NCBI GenBank assembly: GCA_951406725.2
Contig: OX597822.1
Span: 18,352,001 to 18,416,000 of the forward strand
DNA length: 64,000 nucleotides
Direction: 5' to 3'
Source of the DNA: Octopus vulgaris
Lineage: Eukaryota
Shown: piece after piece, positions 10,081 to 25,093 of the stretch
Layout of the letters: the number at the start of each line of letters is the position of its first letter
Numbering within the stretch: position 1 is the stretch's first letter
Notes under the pieces: generated by a model
What the model saw: only the letters and a program-made list of their open reading frames with translations
What the model was told of the DNA's origin: nothing
The model's database searches: none
Position numbers and translations under genes: made by a program

Positions 10081-13000
10081 TCTTCTTCTTCCCCCCGTCT
10101 GTCTTGATAGACAATGGGTCGCGCCAAGGGTGGGGCCTACTTTGATGATGAGCAGCGTCTGCTGTGACTGAACAGTCCAATTCTAGAGTGGCAGTCCCTG
10201 GTACAGTTGCTGCACACGAACATCGATGGGTACGTGTGGGGTGTTGCTGCAGTTGTCCTCCTCCTGTCCCGCCTGTCCAACCACAGCTGTGCTCTCCTTT
10301 CCTCAGCCATAGAAACGCCTTTCCTCACTGTCCGACGCCAGGCAGAGCGGTCAGCAGCTGTTACCTCCCACGTGTCCACACAGATGTTGGCAGTCCTCAG
10401 GTCGCACTTGCACACATCCCTGTATTGTAGCTGTGGACATCCCTTGGGTCGGGATCCCGTGGTGAGTTCGCTGTACAGGATGTCTTTAGGCATGCGACCG
10501 TCCTGTATGCGGCAGACGTGTCCGAGCCAGCGCAGTCGTCTCCACACGAGGAGGGCATGCATGCTTGGCATATTAGTCTGTTCTAGGATGACTCCGTTTA
10601 GTACTCACCCTTCCAGGAGATGCCAAGGATCTGTCGAAGACACCGCATGTGGAAGCCGCTGAGGCGGCATTCTTGCCGGGTGTATGTTGTCCAGCTCTCG
10701 CTGCCGTAGAGTAGGGTGCTCAGCACGCAGGCTCGGTACACTGCAATCTTGGTGGTTATTGTGAGCATGTTGTTTTCTCACACTCTCCATGACAGCAGCA
10801 GCCTTCCCAATCCGTCTGTTCAGCTCCAGCTCGAGGGACAGGCTCCTGGAGACCGTCGATCCCAGGTAAGTAAACTCGTTCACCACCTGCAAGCTGTGGT
10901 CGCCAACACTGATGCTGGGGACCCCTCCGACGTCCTGGCCCATGATCTCTGTCTTTTTCAGGCCGATGGTAAGGCCGAACTCTTGGCAGACATCCGCCAG
11001 GGAGCTGACCAGCCTCTGGAGACCCGGCTGGTTGTGTGATGTTAGGGTGGCATCGTCAGCAAAGAGGATCTCTCTGATCAGCACCTGACGGACTTTGGTC
11101 TTAGCTCTGAGGCATGCAAGATTGAACAATCCACCATCAGCCCTGGTGTGGAGGAACACTCCGTCGTCGGACGTTCTGAAGGCATAGGACAGGACAAGAG
11201 AGAAGAAAATTCCAAAGAGCGTCGGCGCCAGAACACAACCCTGTTTCACTCCACTCTGGATGGGGAACGACTCCGAGGGCGATCTGTCAAACTGCACTGT
11301 TCCCTGCATACCGTCGTGAAAGGAGGTGATGAGTTTCAGCAGTCTGGGAGGGCAACCTATCCTACCCAGGAGCGCAAACAGCCCCTCTCTGCTGACTGAG
11401 TCGAACGCCTTAGCCAGGTCGATGAAGGCCACGTATAGGGGCTGTCTCTGTTCTCGACTCTTTTTTGAAGCTGCCTGAGTGAGAAGATCATGTCGATTGT
11501 AGACCTCTCTGCCCTAAAGCCAGACTGAGACTCGGGATACACACGCTCTGCAAGCATTTGCAACCTCTTCAGGACCACCCTGGCAAATGCCTTACCGACA
11601 GTGCTGAGCAGTGATATACCCCTGTAATTATTACAGTCGCTTCTGTCCCCTTTGTTTTTATACAGTGTGATGATGTTTGCGTCACGCATATCCTTAGGGA
11701 CAGAGCCCTCCTCCCAGCACTGACAGAGCAGCTCGTGAGATGGCCCAGAAGGGCTGGCTTCCCGCACTGGATGACTTCTGCGGGGATGCCGTCTTGCCCT
11801 GGTGCCTTGCCCCGAGCGAGTGAGTCAATTGCTTTGCTCAGTTCTTCCTTTGTTGGAGGCAGGTCAAGCTCCTCCATGACAGGCAGAGCAGGAATGCCGG
11901 CGAGGGCAGACCTGGTGACCACATTCTCAGTGGAGTAGAGGTTCTGGTAATGCTCGACCCACCTCTCCATCTGCTTCGCTTGGTCCTTGATGACCTCGCC
12001 ATCCCTGGACTTCAGTGGAGCAACCTTGCTGACAGTGGGCCCGAATGCTTTCTTCATCCCCTCGTACATCCCTTTCACGTTACCACTGTCAGCACAGCAC
12101 TGGATGTTCTGGCATAAGTTCTGCCAGTAGATGTTGGCGCAACGTCTGGCCGTCCTATGGGCGTCGCTTCTGGCTGTTCTCAGAGTAGCCAGGTTCTTTT
12201 CTGATGGGTCGCGCTTATAGTTGACCAGTGCTTCCCTCTTGGCAGCAATGACAGGCTCCATCTCAGGCAGGTGAGCTTCAAACCAGTCTTGATTTCTCCG
12301 CTCCCTCTTTCCTAGGGATGACATGGCTATTCTGCAAGTGGTGTCGCGAATAAGCTGCCATCTCTCCTCGATGGACGTGGCTGCGTGATCTTTAAGGGCC
12401 TCCTCCATGCGGTTGGTGAATTCTGAGTGGAGGTCAGGGTTGGTTGTCCTGGCGGTGTTGATGCGTGGGCGGCTTTTCCCTATGGGACGGCGGATTTTCT
12501 TTGGGGCCAATCGGACCCTGCTGCACACCAGAGAGTGGTCTGTATCACAGTCAGCACCATGGTAGCTGCGTGTGAGAAGCACACTGCCGAGGTGGGCTCG
12601 CCGGGTGATGACCATGTCCAGTTGGTGCCAGTGTCCGGACCTTGGGTGCCTCCATGAGACCTGGTGTTGTGGCTTAGTCATGAAGAGTGTGTTGGTAATG
12701 CAGAGTTTCCGGTAAGAGCAAAGCTCCAACAGTCTCTGGCCATTCTCATTCATCTTCCCCACGCCAAAGCGTCCAAGGCAATCTGGCCATGCCCCATGAT
12801 CGGATCCCACCCTTGCGTTGAAGTCGCCCAGAAGGAAGATGGGCTCCAACCCTGGTATCTGGCTGATGGTGGCGTCGAGCTCCTCATAGAACCGGTCTTT
12901 TATTTCCTGAGGAGAGTGGAGTGTTGTGGCATAAGCACTAATTATGTTTATCTTCCCCGTTGATGTTGCAAGGCCAAGAGTGAGGATGTGCTCTGAGCCA

Positions 13001-14095
13001 TTTGAAGGAGGGATTGCCATGGGGAGCAAGCTGTTCCTCACGGCAAACCCCACGCCATGCTGGCGGGCCTCCTCGATGGGTCTCCCCTGCCAGTAGAAGG
13101 TGTAGTCCTTCTCCCGTAGCATGCCGTCTGTGGCGAGCCTGGTCTCTTGCAGCGCCGCTATGTCGATGTTCAGCCTTTTCAATTCGGTGTTGATGACTGC
13201 TGTCTTCCTACTGTCGTTCATCTGTCGTAGATCGTCAATGATGCCAGGGCACATGGTCCTGACATTCCAGGTGGCCAGTCGCAAGACTGGTGACTGGGTA
13301 TTTGTTTTTCCTTTGTTTGCTGGTGCAGGGTTTTCAGTCTGCTTTTCAGATTTTGTCCTAGCTCCAAGCACCCATTGAAGCGGGCAGTCTGTGGCGAGTC
13401 AGCACCATTATTGGCTGGGGGCTGCCCAGCTTAAGGCGGGCGGTAACTGACCAGTGGGACTTCAATGATCCCTCCCACCGTTAGAGACGGCCCGTAGCGC
13501 CCGGGATTACGCCAATTCACCCTGGCTTAAAACTCGTAACTGCCATCTCAGCTTGTTCCATCGATGGAGTAGTTTCTCCATGGTGCAAGCCTGGGCGGTA
13601 GGAACGAAGACACTGGGCTGCCCAGACACCAGAATCTCCCTCTCGGCCCCCCAGACATAATCCAAAGGAATGCAGTGTAGTATGTTTGGAGTCTGGTTGG
13701 CTGCAGGAGTTGCCGGAAAAGGGTCGAGATTGACACCCTACCGCCTTTGGGGCTCCACTCCGGATTTTCTGTCTGGGTTTACTCCCATAGCCTTTCCCTC
13801 TCCCAAGAGCATCCGCAAGGCAGCAGAGCGAGGGTTTGGAGTCAGAGTTTTCCTTTTCCTAGACTGGCTGCCAACCAAGGCTAACGAACCCAGTCTGCCC
13901 ACCTGGTTATACCGCCAAGCACCCGGTCGCGCCACACAGCAGGCTCAGTGAGAACAGGGGGTACCGCGTGAAGGTGCTGCTGTGGACACAGTAGTGCAGG
14001 AGAGGCCATAAGCAAGAACTTTCTACAAGGCGCAGCCAAGTAGAAGTTCTACAGCGATCATTACACCTGGAGAGGAGAGGCTATGAGAGACGCAA
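10081..14095 (-). mobile_element. Full-length RTE-clade LINE (~4.0 kb): ~720-bp 5' UTR, APE endonuclease, RT, C2H2 finger, (GAA)n tail
   Basis: LATWNVRT, ALQETR, LLGDFNARVG, DTDHSLV (APE); KAPGQDGIP, NYRGISLLS, FIDLAKAFDSV, GVKQGCVLAPTLF, LFADD (RT); RRLRWLGHV; CSNCTRDCHSRIGLFSHSRRC; tail GAAGAAGAAGA; both ends in (TA)n. Confidence 0.95.
10137..13371 (-). pseudogene. RTE endonuclease-reverse transcriptase ORF split by several frameshifts
   Basis: Colinear pieces 11569-13371, 11357-11767, 10605-11432 and 10137-10571, with frame changes near 11735, 11465, 10788 and 10610. Confidence 0.9.
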
Positions 14096-14212
14096 TATAT
14101 ATATATACACATATACATATATATGTACACACACACATATACATATATATATATATATATACACTCACACACATATATATATATATACACACACACACAT
14201 ATATATATATAT

Positions 14213-14263
<51 letters not shown>

Positions 14264-14337
14264 TATACATATATATTATACATACATATATAGATATACA
14301 TACATTCATACATACATATGTAGATATACATACATTT

Positions 14338-14368
<31 letters not shown>

Positions 14369-14373
<5 letters not shown>

Positions 14374-14615
14374 CGTAAAAAGCACCATCCGTTCGTGGCC
14401 GTTTGCCAGCCTCGTCTGGCACCTGTGCCGGTGGCACATAAAAAGCACCCACTACACTCACGGAGTGGTTGGCGTTAGGAAAGGGCATCCAGCTGTAGAA
14501 ACACTGCCAGATCAGACTGGGCCTGGTGCAGCCTTCTGGCTTCCCAGACCCCAGTTGAACTGTCCAACCCATGCTAGCATGGAAAACAGACGTTAAACAA
14601 TGATGATGATGATGA
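14369..14615 (+). mobile_element. 3' UTR/tail of the second RTE family (or its partner SINE)
   Basis: GGCAC[G/A]TAAAAAGCACC repeats, GGTTGGCGTTAGGAAAGGGCATCCAGCTGTAGAAA, CCAACCCATGCTAGCATGGAAAACAGACGTTAAA and (GAT)n; same as 42460-42728. Confidence 0.85.
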
Positions 14616-15119
14616 TATATACACATATATTGTCATCATCATCATTTTTGCATTTAAATTCCTATGCATTTGGACATATATATCCTTATTGTTATTGTCT
14701 AAACATTATCATTATCATTGTCATCCCCTCCTTCAACAGCATCACCATCACCATCATCGTGGTTTTTATATTTAAATGAATTTTTTCCTATTGGGTTATG
14801 CAAATATATCATCATCATCACCATGAGTTTAAATAAATATATTTCCTATGAAAGCAAGTCTATAAACAGAAGGCAGAAAATTTGCCAATCTCACACAAAG
14901 TTAGGTAAACATGGTGTGTAACTAATGTATTTGGACGCATTCTTAATAAATTAGTTGTGAATGCAGTGGGGAGGTGTGGTGGGAATTTCAGGTTTGAAGG
15001 GTTCTGTGTGGGGATGACAGTGGAATTCAGGAGATTAAATATGTCTTACGTTGTGTTATACATTCATATATATACACACACACATACACACACGCACACA
15101 TTTATTTATTACATACATG

Positions 15120-15177
<58 letters not shown>

Positions 15178-16734
15178 TGCATGAATCCTCCTCCACCTCT
15201 TCATTATTTTCTTTTATTTATCTTTGAGATTCTTTCTTTCTTACTTATTTTACTTTTATTTTTTATCATAACTTTTTTCATTCACTCCCCTCCTTCATCT
15301 TTACCTTTTATGCTTTCTTCTCCTTCATTTTCTTCTTTTTATCTCTTTCTTCTTCCTTTCCTTTATTCTTCTTTAATGCTGCTTATTTGTTTCATTCTTC
15401 TAATTAGATTTTCTTTTATCTTTTTTTCATCTTTCCTCTTTCCTTTTTCTTCTTGTATTCTTTCTTTCTTTGTATTATCTTCTCTCTCTTTTTTTCTCAT
15501 TCTTTTCTCTTTTTATTCTTCTTTCCTTCCTCCTTGTTTTTATTTCTTTTTCTTTCTCTTCTTTTCATCTTTTATCTATTTTGCTTTGTTCTTTCTTTCT
15601 TTCTTTCCAATCTTCATATAAGAGAATAATAATATTTTACTTTGCATATTAGAAAGAAAGAAGATAAAAAAAAAAGCCAAGCCAATTCTTTCCTTTTTTT
15701 GCTTTGGCCAAAAGCCCTCCCCTGCTCCTGGCTTTCTTTTACAAAGCATAAATCATCAATGGTAAAAACTAAGACAGACAGACACTCATATTCTTCAAGC
15801 AATTTGATGTTTGCAGCTGAATGAATTATATTTATGTATTTGGCACCGATGGCCCAAGCAGGCTTCTGCAAGAATATGAGATACTGCTTTCACTCTGAAT
15901 TACGGAGGGCAGTGCAAAGGAAGTAATTTCATCCTTGTCTTCTTCTTTTTGTTGTTGTTGTTGTTGTCGATCTGGGCAAATGAGAACTAAAAACAAATGA
16001 GGAAATCTAATTGATGGCTGTAAATCTTAAGTTTTTTTTTTAATTTCTTTATCTGTTTAACCATATTTTATGATCTCTCTCTTGATAGTTGGTTGGGAGG
16101 CCCTTGTGTTTATTCTTTTTTTAACTACTATGGTAGACAAATAAATTAATGAATAAAAAAATCTACAACAATAGTTGTTTAGTTTTTTTTTACTTTTTTC
16201 TCATTGTTACTCTTACCATTTTGGTGGAAATTTTTCTTTTCTTTTTCTTTTTGCTTGTTTTCCTGTTTTATTTCATTCTGTTATGAATTTCTGAGTTGTC
16301 TTATCCTTCAGATTTAGACATACAGCTTAACACAATGACCTGAGTTATTTTATCATTGAGAAACCCTCCCTGGCACAAAGCAACCCATTATTCTGATTTA
16401 GAGAGGAGATTGATTGACTTTAAACAACAACACAATGCTTAATATCTGTATTCTTTCATGAAGGGCTCCATCCAAATTTCAGATATTTATTCTCAAAGAA
16501 GCACATTGGATATAAGTTTAAAAAGGGGTCAAACTATTGAACACATAATCACAGGCTTCTTATATTTTGACAGTCGATATGTTGTTCTCTTTCAGTAAGA
16601 TGCACATAAATCTGTGTCCTCTGGTTTGCTTGACTGACAAAAATACGTGCTGCACTTCTTTTCTGCAGTTGAATGATTAGCAGTATGAAGAGCATCTATC
16701 TTTAACCATTTTTGGATACAAGCAAGCATTGAAG

Positions 16735-17005
16735 AATGTGATATTTGCTACAAGAGCAAAGAACAAGAAAACATTAGTTATGGTTATTATTGCCACAGAT
16801 GGGTAAAGAACTGGGTTGTTACATTAAATGTGGTTGTTACTTTTCACATAGGCCAACAACATGATACACTAATTATGAGCCACAAGGGCAATGTAAAGGG
16901 AGACTTCACATGTGGTCATTATTGCTACAAAGGCTAAGAATGAAATATATTAAATGTGAGCTTTATTTATCACAAGGTCCAAAATTAGAGGACATTAAAT
17001 GTGAT
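16735..17005. repeat. Degenerate ~45-bp tandem repeat (about 6 units)
   Basis: Recurring ACATTAAATGTGG...T.TT...CACAA.GG at roughly 16771, 16821, 16904, 16946 and 16993. Confidence 0.5.
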
Positions 17006-17680
17006 CTGTTTTTTAGGGTGAAGATCAGAAAACTTTATGAAAATGGATTAGGAAAGAGGGTGTCCTCCCTACCAGAGCAAGAATTTTAAGGCTATTTTCT
17101 CTGTTAAAGAAGTTAGCCTTGTGAACTTCATAACAGTTTTCATTTTGCCCTATCCTCTTCAAAACCCTTTACCAACCTCCTTGCTCTCATTTCTTCCTCT
17201 GTTATCTTTAGCCATATTTTGCTTTTATTTATTTTTTCAATGGCAAGGTCTCCCTTTCCTCTACTTCCTTCCACGTTCATTTCCATCACATTTCTAATTC
17301 AGTCACTCTCATCCTTCTTCAGCAAATGAGCCAGCCATCTTATCCCATTTCTTTCAACAACATCCTTTACTGACTTTGTTTCTCTGCACTTTATTGTTTG
17401 TCTTTCTCTCTATTTTCACAATACTCTGCTCAGTCAAATTCTATAATTCAGTTTTGCAAATATGTTCAGAAAAAAAAATGTTTATAAAATAAGAAGAGAG
17501 TAAAAAAAAACAAGTAAAAGTCATCTTATGAAACACAACCTCAAGAAAAGCTATCCAAGAGAATATTTACTTGTGTTGTGTTTAATGCAATGGAAACTAT
17601 TGCATTCTTTTGATTGGGAGAGGATTAACTCATATTTATTTATTTTTGTATCTGAATTCTTTTCAATTCATAATATATGT

Positions 17681-18210
17681 AACAAGAGCACTCAGAGAGC
17701 TCAAACCTCTGCCAAGGCAACACCAACGTCATCTCAACGATTAACCAGAGATGATTTTTAAAATGAGAATATCTGCTCTCACAAATGAGAATACTAAAAG
17801 TGAACAGGACTGCTCTCAAAAATTAAGTGAAAGAACCAGAAAAATAATCCATATTCCTTGTCTGGTACTGGATTGATCCCAGTGGTAGTCATGGAATGTG
17901 AAGGTGGCTGTAGAAAATTTAGTAACAGTAATAAATAGTTTATCCTTATCTAATACAAGCCAGTTAACAAATTTGCCATTCAAAATAGTTGCAGCCTAAA
18001 GAGAGATAATTGAGAAAGACTCGAAAGTTAACGTAAGATCGTAATCATGTAATATAAAGTAAATATAACAAATAATCCAGAATCATTGTCCAGTACCAGA
18101 TCGGTCCCAAAATCTAATAAGTTTGTGCCAGTCACATGGCCAAGCATTCCTGAAAGTTTCGTCCAAATCCTTCAAGCGATTCTTGAGATTTCTTGTCCAG
18201 AGACAAACAA
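17681..18210 (+). mobile_element. Non-autonomous Helentron/DINE-like element, degenerate
   Basis: Starts AACAAGAGCACTCAGAGAGC.CAAACCTC.GCCAAGG and ends AAAGTTTCGTCCAAATCC...TTCTTGAGATTTCTTGTCCAGAGACAAACAA, a HINE-like layout. Confidence 0.55.
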
Positions 18211-19564
18211 TTAGCAAGTTAGGAGCATTCTATTATTTGCCAAAAGTGAATACTCAGAACTCTGAAAGAAACTAGTGGCTTAGTGGATTTGATACTGGAT
18301 CCCCTTTTTTCATGATTTAGAGAAATGAAGAAACAGGAAGCTCACCCTACCATGACTAGGATGATGGGAAGAAAAAGTAGGCTTCAGTATGTGGAATAAA
18401 GTATCTTAGTTGAAAACAATGAAGGATTTGGTTCCAGGAAAGATTTTTGGTCACTGAATAACTCTTATTCATCTTCTGCCAATATAAGAAAAGCAAATAA
18501 AGAAACAATTATGATGATAATTACTTATTCATTCACATTTCATCATTTTTGTGCAGCACCAAGCTTCACCTTGCAGCTAATTGATCAAAAACAACCACTT
18601 TAGGGCAAAAAGCTTTCCATAATTTAGTTGTATACCTTACATTCTTAATTCTAATTCCTCTATCCTCTTGCAGCTAATTGAAATAATTAATGATTGGTCT
18701 TGAATTACGATGAATATTCAAATTTTCTGAAATTATCTTAATTTCTAAAAATTACTCTTCACTTCATATATTTGATCATTCTTTCATTAAAGTATCATCA
18801 TTAATTCACGGTGTGCTCAGAACTCATCAAAATTCTTCATAATCCTAGCCTACATAGTGCAGTTATTTTTTCTTTTTCAATTTCATCTTAAGGTTTTAAA
18901 GTTATCAAAATCCCAGTAACAAAAATTACATTTTTTTTTTCAATTCACATTCTTTAGATTGAATCTCAAATTCATCAAAAAATTTTCTGCTTTTTTTTTA
19001 CTACTTAAATTCTGTTTTATTTTCATTTTCCTTTCCTCTGTGTTCGGAGCTTTGCTCATTTAAAATAAAATGGTTAACATTATGATTTCGTTTGAATTCG
19101 TATTTTCAGTTTCATATTTCTTCATTGTTACTCCTTCGTTTTAGCATCCACATTTCCATTGCCACTTGATTTAGATGAAACTTCTTTGAAGCAGATTTTC
19201 TACAGTTGAATCTTCTTCCTGTCCCTAACCGTTAGCTGTTTCCAAGAAAGGTAATATTTCCCCTCGTCCTTCAAACAATACACAGCTGAATGGCCAGACA
19301 TATTTAAACAAACATCACCATTTGTATAGTGCTGACTTCTGTTTACACATTGCTCACCCATGTCAGGACAAGGGGAAACACACCACGATACAGTGAGTTC
19401 CTAATTTCATCAAGAAAATTTCCCTTGCAAAGCATTAGTCAACCTGTGACAAAGCAGAAAATATCAGCAGAGTCCGTACAGAGAGAACTTACTGTTGGCC
19501 ATGTGGCTCTGAAGCAAAACTTATCACTCCTGTCATCACACCTACATCTATTTATTGTTTGTCT

Positions 19565-19863
19565 TTCACTTGCTTCAGTCATTAAAATGTGGTCATGCTG
19601 GGGCACAACCTTGAATTTTTAGTTAAATGAATCGGCCCCAGTACTTGATATTTTTTAAGGCCTGGTACTTATTCTATCGATCTCTTTTGCTAAACCACTA
19701 AGTTACAAGGATGTAAACACACTAACATTGGTTGTCAAGCAGTAGTGGGAGATAAACACAGACATGAAAACACAGTCATGTGTATATATATATATATATT
19801 TATATACCTCCAGTATTCAAGTGCTATTTTTCTCACCTTGTTTCACATTTATATGCTTACCCT

Positions 19864-19904
<41 letters not shown>

Positions 19905-20056
19905 CAGGCTTCTTTCAGTTTCCATCTCCCAGATCCACTTACAAGGCTTTGGTCAGCCTAAGGTTATGCTAGAAAACACTTGCCCAAGGTGCTATGCAGT
20001 GTGACTGATCCTGGAACCACGAGGCTGGGAAGCACACTTCTTACCATACAGCCACA
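19565..20056 (-). mobile_element. Older copy of the tRNA-derived SINE
   Basis: Reverse-complement similarity to 8180-8589 (CACTTGCCCAAGGTG, CTTCTTTCAGTTTCC, CATGCTGGGGCAC). Further fragments at ~25910, 50290, 53990, 60470 and 61490. Confidence 0.8.
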
Positions 20057-20900
20057 ATGATTGAAAGAGAAAGAATTTGCTTCAATTAAGCCTCCTTTTT
20101 ACATTCTGATATCACGTTCTCTTGCTTGAAAAGTTTACTCCTCCAAACAATACTGAAATCATACAGACACACAAAGTGTAAACTAGATTAATACATGTAA
20201 TGGTGTATTTTCACTCACAAGTTTATATTTTCTGAAGGGCGTTTGCTCACTGTGTGAAACCAGTTAATTTAAAGTTTTACAGAAATGCCATGATCTCTTT
20301 TATGTCAGTTTTTGAAATAGATTTCAATCCTCTGTGCTCTGTCTCTTGACAAATGAAGTTAAACCTAATATTGCTAGTCTGACTTGTGCCAGTTTGTAAA
20401 ATAGAACTGAAATCTACCGAGGCTGCCTCATTTGAGAAATAGAAACAAAATACCGTCAAAATATTATATTGACTTAGCAATTCATTTCTTTCTTGTCTTC
20501 TGCAACTAAGTCTGATATTCCCAATATCATGTCCTGTAGGATACAGCTGTTAGGATAACTTTGATGTATGAAATTTGTCCAAAAATAGTTCTGCTGCAAA
20601 GAATTTTCTTCTGGTAAAAGTATATACATGTATATAACTATTTGGGGAGTTCTGGACTAAATTATCGAAACAAAACAGATAGATGGATGAAAACTTCCTT
20701 GTATATATCAAAAATATCTCGATTTCTTAATGTTTGTTCATTTATTTATTTTTGGTTTGGCATGGTCTGCACTAGTGGAAGAGGCTGTGTTTAGAGGCTT
20801 CACAGTGAATGAGATTCAGGTGTGTTGTGCACACACATGTGAGTGTAAGTATGCAGGTGTCTATATGTGTTTTGCTTCTTTTGTAACAACTCTATGTAAC

Positions 20901-20955
<55 letters not shown>

Positions 20956-21606
20956 GATGTATATTTGTCACATTCTGATAATTAGTCTGCATAACTGTGA
21001 TACATTTATGTATGACATCTTTTGACTACCTGCTGTATTCCATTCTTTAGTTTGGAAGTAAAAGAAAAGAACAAAATCAAAATATAAAAATACAAATACA
21101 ACTTATGAGAGGAATCTATTTTTTATATTATTTTTTTAATAAAAGGTTAACAATTTGGTTTCAGGACAGTTGTTATATTCCATGCTACACATAAGTTCCC
21201 TATTTCTGTAGCCATTAGTTTTTTCGGTGGAGGGGATGTCCTTATTTCTTTTTCTACATTACAAGTTCCATTTTGAAGTATCACATTCATGTGTGTGTGT
21301 GTGTGTGTGTGTATCAGTAGAAAAGTGAAGATGTTTAGAATATCAAAATATTTCAAGCATCAACAGGGAAAGTCTTGTGTCTTTTGATCATACCGTATCT
21401 ATTCTGTTTCAGATATCTCTTTTCATATAAAATATGTAATGTGTGTGTGTGCACGTGCGTGTGTGTATGTATGTAATCCTATGAATTACTCAGTCATATG
21501 TACAGATATGTGTGAATATGTGTATATGTTTCTATACATATGTATGTATGAGTGTGTAATTTATATCTAAGTAAATGTACATACACACACATACACTTAT
21601 AGATAT

Positions 21607-21649
<43 letters not shown>

Positions 21650-22309
21650 TCACACACACACACACACTTACATACAGACATTAATATATCAATATCTACA
21701 CACATACACTTATATAGAGACAGGGAGAGATATACACCCACATACGCATATACATGTTATCAAAGAAAATACGGATTTGGTAAAAATATCTGTAAACGAT
21801 CTGAATATCCTTCCCGTAAGAATCTCACAAAAGAGTTGAATAAACTGTCATTGCAATATTAGCCGTGTGCATTGTCGGCACTGAAAGCGCCATTGCAGGT
21901 ATTCTAGCTTCTGCTGTTATTTTGTACGGACACACAGGTTGAGTGACCAGTTAAAACCTGTTTTATGGACGTTCTTTGTTTAGATCAACTTTTGAAAATC
22001 ATTAAGCATGTCTTTTCATTTCTTCTTCCTAAGTTGTGAGTCAGTTTGTTAATTTCAGGCATGTCTTTTAATATTCTTGCTTCTTTCCGTATTGCTAAGG
22101 TGCCATTGATGTAGCAGTGAGTTTTCAAGACCAAAGTTGTTTCTGTTTTATTTCCTCCATATTAACTGCTGTGTATTTATTTTCTCTCCTCTTCACTTCC
22201 TGATCTTTTTCTTCTTTTCTTTTGGTTTTGTTCTCTTTGTTTTTTACTTCCCTTTTCTAACCTTCTGAAAAGCTTCCTTTCACAACAGTATATAGATGTT
22301 TTACAGAAG

Positions 22310-23507
<1,198 letters not shown>

Positions 23508-23699
23508 TCAATTTAATACACAACCAAAAGAGCTGTTAATAGTTTCAGGTTTTTATGATATTCTAACCATGCATATTATAAAATATACCATTTATCTTCA
23601 ACCACATACTCATTAACACATGTATAGACTCACACACACATATACACATGATGTGCATTTACACATTCATATATATATATATACATAATTGTGTTGAAC

Positions 23700-24110
23700 T
23701 GACCATATTGTGGCAATGAGTGACAAAAGAATACCCAAAGTCCTCATGAACAACCAGCTTGATAGTGGGCACAAGAATATTGGTCAACCATTGCTCAGAT
23801 ATAAGGACAAACCGAAGAATAGCCTCTCAGCAGTCGATGTGGTTCACAACACATTTGAGCAAACAAAATGGAGAACATCGTGTCAAAATGGCAGAATAGA
23901 TTTTGTTTCAATCAGCATTACCAGGCCTTGGGGTGCAAGGCAAAGGAGAAAAGCAACTGCAGATATACCACCTGCACTGACCTGTAATCCTCATACTTGC
24001 AACATTTGTGGACTTCTGTGCAAATCATTGGTGGGACTCGTATCTCACATAAAGGCATTATGACTGACAAAGAAAGTGTAGGCTCTCACATCCTCATAAT
24101 ACATTGAAAC
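23700..24110 (+). mobile_element. Old RTE-clade 3' fragment
   Basis: MSDKRIPKVLM...GQPLLRYKD...CNICGLLCKSLVGLVSHIK is homologous to the C-terminus of the RTE at 10137-10571. Confidence 0.75.
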
Positions 24111-24330
24111 CAACAGGAAACTCCATATGTATGTGTGTATATAAACATATATATATATATATATATATATCTTGTTTGAAAAAAAGTTTGTTTCCATGAT
24201 TTTGTTTTTATGTTTTCGTTTCTCATTGTGTTCAATGTTTATTTTTATGTCCTGTATCCATATATGCATGTATATATACATATAGATGTAGGTATGTACA
24301 TATATGTATGTATATATGCATATATTTATA

Positions 24331-25071
24331 TACTAGCATTAAAGACCCGTCGTTGCCAGGTCATAGTGCTAGTGCATGTATATATGTGTATATATATGTG
24401 TACATATTACATGTACATCTATATATATACATCTACACATAAAATGCAAAATACAAAGTTATATCTTGATATCGCTAGTGATAACAATACTCAAAATATA
24501 TAACAGACTGGAATTGTTAGCTCTTCTTTTTTCTCTACATTGTATACTTTATAGACAATAGTCTTTTCTTTAATTTAATTTTTTATTATCCATCTGGACT
24601 ATTCCATTTCTGCACGCTAATTTTATATTTAATTTATTCCCATTCATGTGAAACCACTTATTCAAGTTCAAATCATTGATGCAATTTTATACCAATTGCT
24701 ATTTTTACTTTTGTATGTTACAATTATATTAAACTTTAGTTTGATTTTAATTATTACTTATATAATTCAATTGTTATTATTATTTTTATTGTTAAAGTGA
24801 AAGCATCTGACATAAAATAGAGAAATATTTTTGTTTCAGTTTTAACATGTAATACTGAAATAGTGGAGAAGATATGATATTGCTATGGGCTCGCCCTAGG
24901 CAAGAAGTTGAACATTTTTTTTTTTGCCCATGAAACTACATGGACCCTAAGTAAGGCATGTGTAAAATTTGAATGAAATTGGTTGTGTAGTTCTCAAGTT
25001 TTAGGGAAACACACAGACAGACAGGCAGACAGACAGACAGACACACATTCTCAGTTTTATATATATAGAGA
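24331..25071 (+). mobile_element. Non-autonomous Helitron/Helentron-type element
   Basis: 5' TACTAGCATTAAAGACCCGTCGTTGCC; 3' TGTAAAATTTGAATGAAATTGGTTGTGTAGTTCTCAAG, (ACAG)n and TTTTATATATATAGA. Confidence 0.65.
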
Positions 25072-25093
25072 TTATTTATATTATTATATATAT

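Noticed and set aside
15181-15621. Hydrophobic Phe/Ser-rich ORF as a membrane protein
   Set aside because: It is a low-complexity pyrimidine tract with no domain or splice support.
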